Assembly (NCBI RefSeq): GCF_009914755.1
Contig: NC_060932.1
Length of the DNA: 64,000 nucleotides
Strand: one strand, 5' to 3'
Source: the human T2T-CHM13v2.0 reference genome, Homo sapiens
How positions within the stretch are numbered: the first letter of the stretch is position 1; each line of letters opens with the position of its first letter. The notes beneath the pieces are model-generated. The model ran no database searches, had not been told where the DNA came from, and saw nothing but the letters and a program-made list of their open reading frames with translations. Made by a program: the position numbers and the translations under genes. Shown here one piece after another: positions 48,746 to 64,000 of this stretch.

Positions 48746-48995
48746 GGGAAAAAAGTATTTCCCAGATAAGCAAAAGACTGTTTGTTTGTGTCTTGTTTGT
48801 TGTGGTCCTATAAGAAATGTTTAAGGGAGTCCTACATTGGGAAGTGAAAGAACAATATCTACCATCATGAAAATACATGAAAGTATAAAACTCACTGGTA
48901 GTTCAGACACACAAAGAAGAAAGGATTCAAACATCACCACTAAAGAAAACCACCAAACTGCAACCATAAATAATGAGAGAAAAAAGGAACAAAGG

Positions 48996-51299
48996 TGTAT
49001 TAGTCTGTTTTCACACTGCTGATAAAGACATACCTGACTGAGACTGAGCAATTTACAAAAGAAAGAGGTTTAATGGACTTACACTTCCACATAGCTGAGG
49101 AAGCCTAAGAATCACGTTGGAAGGCAAGAAGAAGCAAGTCATATCTCACATGGATGGCAGCAATCAAAGATAGAGCTTCTGCAGAGAAACTACCCTTTTC
49201 AAAACCATCAGACCTTGTGAGACTTATTCACTATCATGAGAACAGCATGGGAAAGACCTGCCCCCATGACTCAATTACTTCCCACCAGGTCCCTCCCACA
49301 ACATGTGGGAATTCAAGATGAGACTTGGGTGGGGACACAACCAAACCATATCATTCTGCCCCTGGCCCTTCCCAAATCTCATATCCTCACATTTTGAAAC
49401 CAATCATTCCTTCCCAACAGTCCCCCAAAGTCTTAACTAAGTTCAGCATTAACTCAAAAGTCCACAGTCCAAAGTCTCATTTGAGACAAGGCAAATCCCT
49501 TCTGCCTATGAGCATGTAAAATCAAAAACTAGTTAGTTACTTCCTAGATACAATGTGGGTATAGGCATTGGGTAAATACAGTCATTCCAAATGGCAGAAA
49601 ATTGCCAAACAAAGGGGCTACAGGACCCATGCAAGCCCAAAATCCAGTGGAGCAGTGAAATCTCAAAGCTCCAAAATGATCTCCTTTGACTCCATGTCTG
49701 ACATGCAGGTCATACTGATGTATGACCATGGCCTTGGGAGAAAAAAGGCCACAGCTCCACTCCTGTGGCTTTGTATGGTTTAACCCCCCTCCTGGCTCCT
49801 TTCACGGGTTGGCATTGAGTGTCTGCAGCTTTTCCAGGCACACAGTGCAAGCTGTCAGTGAATCCACCATTCTGGGGTCTGGAGGATGGTGGCCCTCTTC
49901 TCAAAGCTCCACTAGGTGGCGCTGCAGTAGGGACTCTATGTGGGGGCTCCGACCCCACATTTCCCTTCTGCACTGCCCTAGTAGAGTTTCTCCATGAGTG
50001 CCCTGCCCCTGCAGCAAACTCCTGCCTGGGTATCTAGGAATTTCCATACACCTTCTGAAATCTAGGCAGCAGTTCCCAAACCTCAATTTTTGACTTCTGT
50101 GCACCCACAGGCTCAACACTATGTGGAAGCTGCTAAGGCTTGGGGCTTGCACCCTCTGAAGCCACAGCCCAAGTTGTACCTTGGCTCCTTTTAGCTGCAG
50201 CTGGAGTGGCTAGGACTCAGGCACCCTAGGCTGCTCACAACAGGGGTCCCTGGGTCTAGCCCACAAAACCATCTTTTCTTCCTAGGCCTCTGGACCTTTG
50301 ATGGGAGGGGCTGCCATGAAGACCTGTGACATGCCCTGGAGACATTTTCCCCATTGTCTTGGGGATTCACATTTGACTCCTCGTTACTTAAACAAACTTC
50401 TGCAGCCAGATCGAATTTTTCTTGAGAAAATGGGATTTTCTTTTCTATTGCATTGTCAGGCTGCAGATTTTCCAAACTTTCATGCTCTGCTTCCCTCATA
50501 AAACTGAAGGCCTTTAACAGCACCCAAGTCATCTCTTGAATGCTTTGCTGCTTAGAAATTTCTTCTATCAGATACCCTAAATCTCAAGTTCAAATACCCT
50601 ATCAGTTACCCTAAATCTCTCAAGTTCAAAATTCCACAAATCTCTACAGCAGGGGCAAAAAGCCACCAGTCTCTTTGCTAAAACATAACAGGAGTCACCA
50701 TTGTGCCAGTTCCTAACAAGTTCCTCATTTCCATCTGAGACAACCTAAGCCTAGACTTTATTGTCCATATAACAATCAGCATTTTGGGCAAGTCTCTAGG
50801 AAATCTCTTCCAAATTTTCCCACATTTTCCTGTCTCCTTCTGAGCCCTCCAAACTGTTCCAACCTCTGCCTGTTTCCCAGTTCCAAAGTCACTTCCACAT
50901 ATTCAGGTATCTTTTAGCAACACCCCACTTCTGGTACTAATTTACTGTATTAGTCCATTTTCACACAGCTGATAAAGACACATTCAAGACTGGGAAATTT
51001 ACAAAAGAAAGAGGCTTAATGGACTTACAGTTCTACATTGCTGGGGAGGCTTCAAAATCATTGCGGAAGTCAAGGAGAGGCAAGTCACATCTTACAGGGA
51101 TGGCAGCAGGCAAAGAGAGAGCTTGAGCAGGGAAACTCCTCCTTTTAAAACCATCAGATCTCATGAGACTTATTCACTATTAAAAGAATAGCATGGGAAA
51201 TACCTGCCTCCATGATTCAACTACTTCCCATTGGGTCCCTCCCACAACACATGGGAATTCAAGATGAGATCTGAGTGGGGACACAGCCAAACCATATCA
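48996..51299 (-). mobile_element. Complete THE1 MaLR element (LTR-internal-LTR)
   Basis: LTRs are at 48996-49353 and 50946-51299 (minus strand TGATATGGTTTGG...CTAATACA), with a ~1.6-kb internal region. The 5-bp TSD AAAGG is perfect at 48991-48995 and 51300-51304. Confidence 0.95.
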
Positions 51300-53451
51300 A
51301 AAGGATATACAAAATAACCAGAAAACAATGAACAAAATGACAGGAATAAATCCTCGCCTATCAATAATAACTTCGAATATGGGTTAAATTACCTACCTAA
51401 AAGATACAGTCAGGCTTAATGGATAAAAAGTGACCCAACATCACTTCCCTTGTAAAGACACACACAGACTGAAAGTGAAGGGATGGAAAAAGATATACCA
51501 CACAAACAGAAATCAAAAATAATCAGGAGTAGCTAAACTTACATCAGATAAAACAGACTTTAAGTCAAAAACTGTAAAAAGGACAAACAAGATCATTATA
51601 TGGTAATAAAGGGATCAATTCAGCAACAAAGTATAACAATTCCAAATATGCATGCAACCAACACAAGCGCATCCAGAGACATATAGCAAATATTATTAAA
51701 TCTACATGGAGAGATAGAGTCCAATAAAATGATAGTTGAGAACTTCAATATCCTACTCTCAGCATTGGACAGTTCATCTAGACATAAAATCAACAAAGAA
51801 ACATTAGATTTAAGCTGCACTTTGGACCAAATGGACCTAACAGATATTTTCAGAATAGTTCATCCAGCAGCAGCAGAATATACAATCATCTCATCAACAC
51901 ATGGAATATTCTCCAGGATAGACCATATGTTAGGACACAGAACAAGGCTCAATAAAATTTTAAAAATTAAAATCATATCAAGTATCTTCTCAGACCACAA
52001 TGGAATAAAACTTGAAATCAATAAGAAGAAGAAATTTGGAAACTGTACAAATATATGGACATTAAACATGCTATTGAATAATCATTGGGTCAATGAAGAA
52101 ATTAAGATGGACATCAAAAAAATTTTTTAAACAGAAAATGGAAACACATCATGCAAAACCTATGGGATACAGCAAAAGCAGTACTAGGAGGAAAGTTTAT
52201 AGCAATAAATGCCTACACCAAAAAAGTAGAAAGATTTCAAATAAACAACCTAATGATGCACCTCAAGGAACTCAAAAAGCAAGAACAAATCAAACACACA
52301 ATTAGTAGAAAGAAAAAATATAAATAACATAGCAGAACCAAATGCAACAGAGACAAAAAAAAATGCAAAGAATCAACAAGATAAAAGTTGGTTTTTTGAA
52401 AAGTTAAACAAAATTGATAAACCACTAGTGAGGCTAACCAAAAAAAAAAAAAGAGACCAAAATAAATACAATCAGAAATGAAAAAGGAGACATTACAAGT
52501 GTTACCAAAGAAATAAAAAGGATAATTAGAGGCTATTATGAACAATCATATGCTAACAAATTGGAAAACCTAGAGGAAAGGGATAAATTCCCAGACATAC
52601 ACAGCCTACCAAGGTTGAACTAGGAAGAAACAGAAAACGTGAACTGACCCAAAATGAATAGCAGGTTTGAATCAGTAACAAAATGTCTCCCAAAGGAGAA
52701 AAGCCCTAGACTAGGCTTTTATGCTGATTTCTACCCAATTTATAAAGAAAAACAAACACCAATTCTTCTCAAACTATTCCCAAAAATTGAAGAGGAAGGA
52801 ATTCTTCCTAACTCATTGTATAAGGCCAGCATTACCCTGATATCCAATCAAGACAAGGACACAACAAAAGGAGAAAACTACAGGCCAATATTCCTAATGA
52901 ACACAGATGGTAAAATTCTCAGCATAATACTACCAAGCCAAATCTAATGATGAATGAAAAAGATAATATACCATGATCAAGTGGGATTTATCCCAGGAAT
53001 GCAAAGGTGGCTCAACATACACAAATCAATACATGTGATACATCACATTGACAAGATGAAAGGCAAAAACTATCTGATCATCTCAGCAGATGCAGAAAAA
53101 TCACTCAGTAAAACTTACCATTCCTTCATGATGAAAACTCTCAACAAATTAAGCATAGAAGGAACACTTCAACCTAAGAAAAGGCATATATGACAAATCT
53201 ACAGCTAACATCCTACTCACTGGGAAAAATTGAAAAGCCTTTCCTCTAAGAACTGGAACAAGAGAAGGATGCCCACTTTCACCACTCTTATTCAACACAG
53301 TATGGGACATCCAAGCCAGAGTGATCAGACAAGATAAAGAAAAAAAAGGCATCCAAATGGACAAAAGGAAGTCCAATTGTCTCACTTTGCAAATGACATA
53401 ATCGTATACCTGTAAACAGAAAAACCTAAAGACTCTACCAAAAAACTCTTA

Positions 53452-53770
<319 letters not shown>

Positions 53771-54265
53771 TTAAAAAAGGATGTATAATTCAGTAAAGCT
53801 TCAGGACACAAAATCAACATACAAAAATCAGTAATGTTTCTATATACCAGTAACAAACTAGCTAAAATAGAAATCAAGGAAGAAATTCTATTTACAATAG
53901 CTACAAAAATAAAATACCTAGGAATAAACTTAACCAAGGATGAGGAAAAAAAAAACCCAAAAAACCTCTACAATGAAAACCACAAAACACTGATAAAATA
54001 AACTGAGAAGGACACAAACAAATGGAAAGGCATCTTATGCTCGTGGGTTGGAGTAACTAATACTGTTAAAATGACCATACTACCCGAAGCAATCTAGAGA
54101 TTCAGTACAATCCCTATCAATTATATTCTTCACAGAAACAGGAAAAAAAAAAACCCTGAAATTCATATGGAACCACAGAAGACCCCAAATAGCCAGAGCA
54201 ATACTGAGCAAAAAGAACAAAGCTAGAAGCCTCACACTACCTGATTTAAAAATATACTGCAAAGA

Positions 54266-55674
<1,409 letters not shown>

Positions 55675-56825
55675 TCAAGAAAGCTGTCAAGAACATGCAT
55701 TGAATAAATGACACCCTCTTCATTAAATGGTGCCAGCAAAACTAGATATCCAAACACAGAAGAATAAAACTAGACCCTTATCTCTCATCACTTAGAAAAA
55801 TAAACTCAAAATCAGTTAAAGACTTAAATGTAACAGCCACAACTATAAAACTACTAGAAATAAACACAGGAGAAACGCTTGAGAACAAAGATTGTATGGC
55901 TAACGCTTAAAAAGTACAAGCAATAAAAACAGACAAATGGGATTATATTAAATTAAATTCCTTCTGTATATCAATTAAAACAATCAACAGAGTGAAAAGA
56001 CAACACCCCTCCCTTACACCACACACAAAAATTAACTCAAGATGGCCTGCAGACTTAAATGTAAAACCCATAACTATAAAAACGCTGAAGACAACCTAGG
56101 CAATACCATCTGGTACATAGTGATGGGCAAAGAGTTCATGGTGAAGATGCCAAACGCAATTGCCACAAAAGCAAAAATTGGCAAATGGGATCTAATTAAA
56201 TGAAAGAGCTTCTACACAGCAAAAGAAACTATCAAAAAATAAACAGACATTTCTCAAAAGAAAATATACAAATCACCAAGTTTATGAAAAAATATTCAAC
56301 ATCACTAATCATCAAGGAAATGCAAATCAAAACCACAATGAGATATCATCTCACACTTGTTAGAATGGGTATTAAAAAGACAAAGCACAACAAATGCTGG
56401 CAAGCATGTGAAGAAAAGGAAATTATTGTATATTGTTGGTGGGAATGTAAATTGGTACAGCCATTATGAAAAAAAGTACAGAGATTTCTCAAAAAACTAA
56501 ACAAATCTACCATATGATCCAGCAATCCCACTCATGGGTATATATCCAAAAAAAGATATCAGTGTATCAACGGGATACCCATACCCCCATATTTACTGCA
56601 GCACTATTTGCAATAGCCAAGATATGGAATCAATCTAAATGTCAATCAATGGATGAATGGATAAAGAAAATGGGAATATACGCACAATGGAATAGTATTT
56701 AGCCATAAAAAAATGAAATCCTGTCATTTTCAGCTAATTGGGTGGAATTAAAGGTCATAACGTCAGGTGAACTCGGCCATGCACAGAAAGAAAACTATTG
56801 CATGTTCTCACTTATATGAGCAGCT

Positions 56826-56913
56826 TATGCTCCTGGAAATCAAAGCGGGGCCATATTTCAGGTCAGTAGGGTCACGGATAGAGACCACAGTTATGGACTT
56901 GTGTGCCCTGGAG
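56826..56913 (+). repeat. 88-bp dispersed direct repeat of 63402-63490 inserted into the L1 3'UTR
   Basis: TATGCTCCTGGAAAT...TTTCAGGTCAGTAGGGTCA...ATGGACTTGTG.GCCCTGGAG occurs at both places, ~87% identical by hand alignment. Confidence 0.9.
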
Positions 56914-57086
56914 CTATATAAAATTGATATCATGGAGATAAAGAGTAGAATGATAGTTACCAGAGGCTAGGAATAGGAGAGGTTTGAAAAGAGGTTGATT
57001 AATGGGTATAAAAATATATAATAGAAGGAATGAGATCTAGTGTTTATTATCACAGAAAGTGACTACAATAATTTATTGTATATTTC

Positions 57087-59230
<2,144 letters not shown>

Positions 59231-59808
59231 ATTTATTGTGTATTTCTAAATAGCAATAAGATTTGAAATATTCCCAACACAAAGAAATGATCAATGTTTG
59301 AGGTGATTAATATCCTAAAGACCCTGACTTGATCATTACACATTACATGCATGTACCAGAATCTCACATGGACCCCATAAATGTGTACAATTATTCTCTA
59401 TCAAAAACATTTTTTTTTAAGAAACATGCAGGAATACACTCTACCTCTTCCTTGCTGTGTCTGGATATTGTCACATGAGGACTTGACATGCGGATTGTGG
59501 CAGCCTCTGTGACCAAGAGAGGAAGACAACAGCAGCATAGAAACCTCAAATGAAAAATCTAACATCTCAAGCTACTAATTTAGCCAACCTTGGCATCAGC
59601 TATCTCTGGTCTTAGTATATGAGGCGATAAGCCCCCACTGTTCAAGTTGGGTGTCTATCAATTGCTGCAGAATAGAAGTTAGTGAGGCTTCCTCCTCCTG
59701 GATCCCCTACTAGACCCTGACATGCCCATTCAGTCACAGGCAGAAAGGGAAGCACAGGGTAAGGAGACCTGGCTGACTGTGCCAGACGCAGATCTTACCT
59801 GTCCTGCT

Positions 59809-61725
59809 TAGAACACTCAAAGCTCAATTGGTTAAACAAAAAAAGGAAAAATACAATAAGGAGTATAGCACTCCCCAGATGCAACTTAATCTAACACTCT
59901 ATACTTTAGATTTTCTAGACATACATAGAAATCAGACCACTACTTCTGCAGAACATTTTACTAGTAAAAATAATAGGCCACGTGAGGGAAAACTGATTTG
60001 GTGGAAAGACAACAAAAACAAAATATGGGAAATAGGTAAGGTGATAATATGGGGGAGAGGTTGTGCTTGTGTTTCACCCGGAGAAAATCAGCTTCCTGTT
60101 TGGATACCCACTAGACATTTGAAGTTCTACAATGAACCTATCAAGATGCAAATGAAAGTGCCTCTGCAGAGACAGAAAACCCGCAGTCGAGCATCATCGA
60201 CTCGCAGGGTGAACAAAATGGTGATATCAGAAGAACAGATGAAGTTACAATCCACCAAGGAAACGGCACATGTTGGGAGCCAGGGAGAGGAAGAGAAAGA
60301 AAAAGAGACAGAGATCAGAGAGAGACACAGAAAGTGAGACTGGGGAGAGAGACAGTGTAAAAGAGAGAGAGAGAGAGAGACCGTAAAAGAAGGGAGACAA
60401 AGAGATAAAAGGTGCGAGTGAGCAGGTGAGGAGAAAGACTGAAAACTATGAGAAACAGCAACTAAGACACAAAGGAGGTGGGAGACTGCCTTGGTGCCGC
60501 AGCACCCACACCGTCCTCTTGCCCCGTCACTTGGGTTAAAACCACCGGAAATTCCACTATTGCAAATTTTTTATTAATCCTTGTACGTCTGTCCTTTCTA
60601 TTTTTAGTCTACAGGTGTATCCAGCAGCTCCAGAGAGACAGCGACCAGCGAGAAGGGGCCATGATGATGGAGGTGGTTTTGTCAAAACGAAAATGGGGAT
60701 ATGTAGGGAAAAGAAAGAGAGATCAGACTGTTACTGTGTCTACATAGAAAGGGAAGACATAAGAGACTCCATTTTGAAAAAGACCTGTACTTTAAACAAT
60801 TGCTTTGCTGAGATGTTGTTAATCTGTAGCTTTGCCCCAGCCACTTTGCCCCAACCACTTTGACCCAATCTGGAGCTCATAAAAACATGTGTTGTATGAA
60901 ATCAAGGTTTAAGGCATGTAGGGCTGTGCAGGACGTGCCTTGTTAACCAAATGTTTGCAAGCAGTATACTTGGTAAAAGTCATCACCATTCTCTCATCTC
61001 AATAAACCAGGGGCACAATGCACTGTGGAAAGCCGCAGGGACCTCTGCCCTTGAAAGCTGGGTATTGTCCAAAGTTTCTCCCCATGTGATAGTCTGAAAT
61101 ATGGCCTCGTGGGATGAGAAAGACCTGACGGTCCCCCAGCGCGACACCCATAAAAGATCTGTGCTGAGGTGGATTAGTCAAAGAGGAAAGACTTGCAGTT
61201 GAGATAGAGGAAGGCCACTGTCTCCTGACTGCCCCTGGGAACTGAATGTCTCGGTATAAAACACGATTGTACATTTGTTCAGTTCTGAGATGGGAGAAAA
61301 ACCGCCCTATGGTGGGAGGCGAGACATGTTTACAGCAATGCTGCCTTGTTATCCTTTACTCCACTGAGATGTCTGGGTGCAGAGAAACATAAATCTGGCT
61401 TACATGCACGTCCAGTCATAGTACCTTCCCTTGAACTTCATTATGTCATAGATTCTATTGCTCACGTTTGTTGCTGACCTTCTCCTTATTATCACCCTGC
61501 CCTCCTACTACATTCCTTTTTGCTGAAATAATGAAGATAATAATCAATAAAAACTGAGGGAACTCAGAGAACGGTGCCAGTGCAGGTCCTTAGCATGCTA
61601 AGCGCAGGTCCCCTGGGCCCGCTGTTGTTTCTCTATACTTTGTCTCTGTGTCTGATTTCTTTTCTGTCTCTCATCCCACCCGAGAAGAAATACCCACAGG
61701 TGTGGAGGGGCAGGCCACCCCTTCA
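59809..61725 (+). mobile_element. HERV-K(HML-2) 3' remnant: IN C-terminus, env 5' end, foreign insert, env 3' end and 3' LTR
   Basis: IN reads [11 protein letters not shown]...[12 protein letters not shown]...[44 protein letters not shown]. The env leader [12 protein letters not shown] and TM tail PVTWVKT...RDSDQRE.AMM are present. There is no 5' LTR, gag or pro. Confidence 0.93.
60702..61725 (+). mobile_element. LTR5 (LTR5A-like, ~1024 bp)
   Basis: It runs TGTAGGGAAAAGAAAGAGAGATCAG...GGCAGGCCACCCCTTCA, with TATAAA at 61255-61260 and AATAAA at 61546-61551. Confidence 0.93.
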
Positions 61726-63654
61726 GTATGAGATTACAGGCATGAATAACCCCACCTGGCCACCTAACTCACTCTTGAGAGGCCAGAAGTGATGCTGGAA
61801 CTTTCTTCCTCTGTGGGTGAAAAAGGGAAAATTAGGGAGAACAGAAGGCATGAGAGATGCAGCGATGGATATGTCTATATGGAGCTTCTGTCTGCATCCA
61901 GTAGAAAATGCATCTCTAGGCACCAGGTTTAAGAGCAAAATCCTGGAGTCTTGTCTGTTAGCATTCTCCTTCCCCACAAACCAGAGAAGGAATATATTTG
62001 CTCCAGCACACCCGGATGTAGGAAATGTCACATTCCTATTTCTGTAACTTCACTTAAATCTGCTCTGAGTCTCTGGATGCCTGGCAGGTGGAGAATTCAA
62101 TCTTGTCGTTACCAGTATTCCTTTCCCTTCTCCATGGGCTTATGTAAGAATTCTGGGCTTACACACTGTTGGAAAGCCAGGTAGGAACTACCTCCCCCGA
62201 ACTCTCCATTCTTCCAGCTGCTCATGATCCATCAACCTTCTCTGGGCCACCTGCTATAGCAAGACCCTCCTCACAGCATCATTCCACTGACCCACAGGCT
62301 CAGCCCCAGGGACCCTCACTAGAACAGGTCTCCACTATGCATAGGAACTCACAAAAACCTTCTCTTCATCTTGGCTTCTGCTGATATCCAGCCACTCCCC
62401 CACTTCTCATCTTAAACACAGATGGCAGCTCCTTCCCATCGTTCCAAAACAGGGGGATTGTCCAGCCAAATTCTCTGCAGACACCAAAGCTTCACCCGTC
62501 CTCTTCAGGGAGGTGATGCAAGGGCATCTGATTTCTTTGGAAGCCCAATTCTGGCCTCTCTTTGGGGTGGGCTGAGAGTGGGAACCAGACTCTCTTTTCC
62601 AAATGTCATGTTTATCTTGTTCATCATTATATTATCTCCAATGCCTGGCCCATAGTAGGCACTACAGACTGACACATAGTAGGTGCTATTAGTGTCTGTA
62701 TAATGGGACTCTTGAGGTTGAAGCTATTAGCAGAAACCTGCCAAGCAAAAGGATGGAAAACCAACCACCAAAAAAAAAAAAAAAAAAAAGAAAAGAAAAA
62801 GAAAACAATCGTGGCTTTGAGCTCTAAACACACAAGGCACCAGCCCAAGTTTGGGCAATTTTACTACAACAGCCATTTTGCCTCCAAACAAACTGGCACT
62901 GGAAACCTCCCTCTGCCTCTTAAAGAGAACCAGTTTCCCTTTCTCTAAGTGGACAGCATTTCTCCCCGGTGGCAGTACCCAGCCCACTGCCACCAGCAAA
63001 CGACTGCAGCCAGGAGCCAAGAGCTTGATAGTTTAAAGAATAGATCTTATAGGGAAAAACAAAGTAACATCCACATAGATCTGGAACTACCACCACTTTC
63101 CAGAGGCCGAATCCCATTTGTAAATTCTCTTGCGTGTCAAGCACCTTGCAGTCAGCTCAACTACACACTTTTGGGATTCGTTGCAGAGAAGAGTGAAGGT
63201 TATCTGCAAAATAAAGGAACCAGGGCTCAGAATTCCCAGAGCAATCCATGACAGAGGAGGTGAGTTGAAAAGGGAAGGGTGAAGTCAAAGGAGAGAAGTC
63301 AATGAGTTGGCCAACACCAAGCAAGGATCATGGGACCCTCTCCACGGCCCCACATCTCAAATGAAGTCAACAAAACCCATCAGTGCTTGGTGTAAGTGTT
63401 GTATGCTCCTGGAAATGAAAGCAGGTGCCACATTTCAGGTCAGTAGGGTCAGGGGTAGAGGCAGCTGTCATGGACTTGTGGGCCCTGGAGGATGGGATGA
63501 TTCTGAGACATTGAATCCCTACACTGATCTCAGTAGAAATCTCAGGTAGGGCTTCAACATTCGTCGACAAAGGACTCTGTGGGCATCAGAGCAACAGCCT
63601 TGGTGCATGTCCAAGCTCCATCAATCCCAACTGGGGCTTTGAACAAGTTACTTA

Positions 63655-64000
63655 TTTTTTTTAACTAACGTTATTTTAATTGACAAATCATAATTGTACC
63701 CATGTATGTGATGTTTTGATATATGTATACAATGTGGGATGATTAGATCAAACTAATGAACACGTCCATCCCCTAATTTACTGACAATTTTCATGATGCG
63801 ACATTTGAAATGTACCCACTTAGTTATTTTGAAAGATACATTATTATTGACTATAGTCACGCTGCTGTGCTATAGATTTCAAAACATATAATCCAGCAAC
63901 CCAACTTCTGGATATAGACCAAAAAAAAATCAAAATCAATATGTCGAAGGGATCCCTAAATTCCTATGTTCACTGCAGCTCTATTCACAATACCCAAGAT
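63655..64000 (-). mobile_element. L1MA-type 3' end (minus, ~63655-63885) joined to an inverted upstream L1 segment (plus, ~63886-64000)
   Basis: A T-tract and reverse 3'UTR are followed by ATATAATCCAGCAACCCAACTTCTGGATATAGACC in L1 sense orientation. Confidence 0.75.

Overview
This is primate (human or great-ape) genomic DNA. It is dominated by transposable elements and contains no intact host protein-coding gene. Host-derived pieces are exon 1 of an ENPP7-like pseudogene (minus strand, ~5.85-6.11 kb) and a 5'-truncated SNRPC (U1-C) retrocopy (43.9-44.7 kb). That pairing is typical of the OR7E/FAM86/ENPP7P segmental-duplication family; which copy this is cannot be determined here. Retroelements include an internally deleted L1PA with an intact 5' end, a G-to-A hypermutated HERV-T (HERVS71/LTR6) provirus, a HERV-K(HML-8)/MER11 provirus plus a neighbouring MER11 solo LTR, a complete THE1 MaLR, a long L1M host element, an L1PB, a 5'-deleted HERV-K(HML-2)/LTR5 remnant whose env is replaced by foreign sequence, and about 30 Alus. 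I found no evidence for a new intact gene system. The most unusual signals are rearrangement and editing fossils: APOBEC3-type hypermutation, an 88-bp templated insertion copied from about 6.6 kb away, a four-piece patchwork junction, the foreign cassette in HML-2 env, very similar HML-8 LTRs, and a 1-kb purine/pyrimidine repeat grown from an Alu tail. Repeat subfamily names come from recalled consensus sequences, and divergence values are hand counts.
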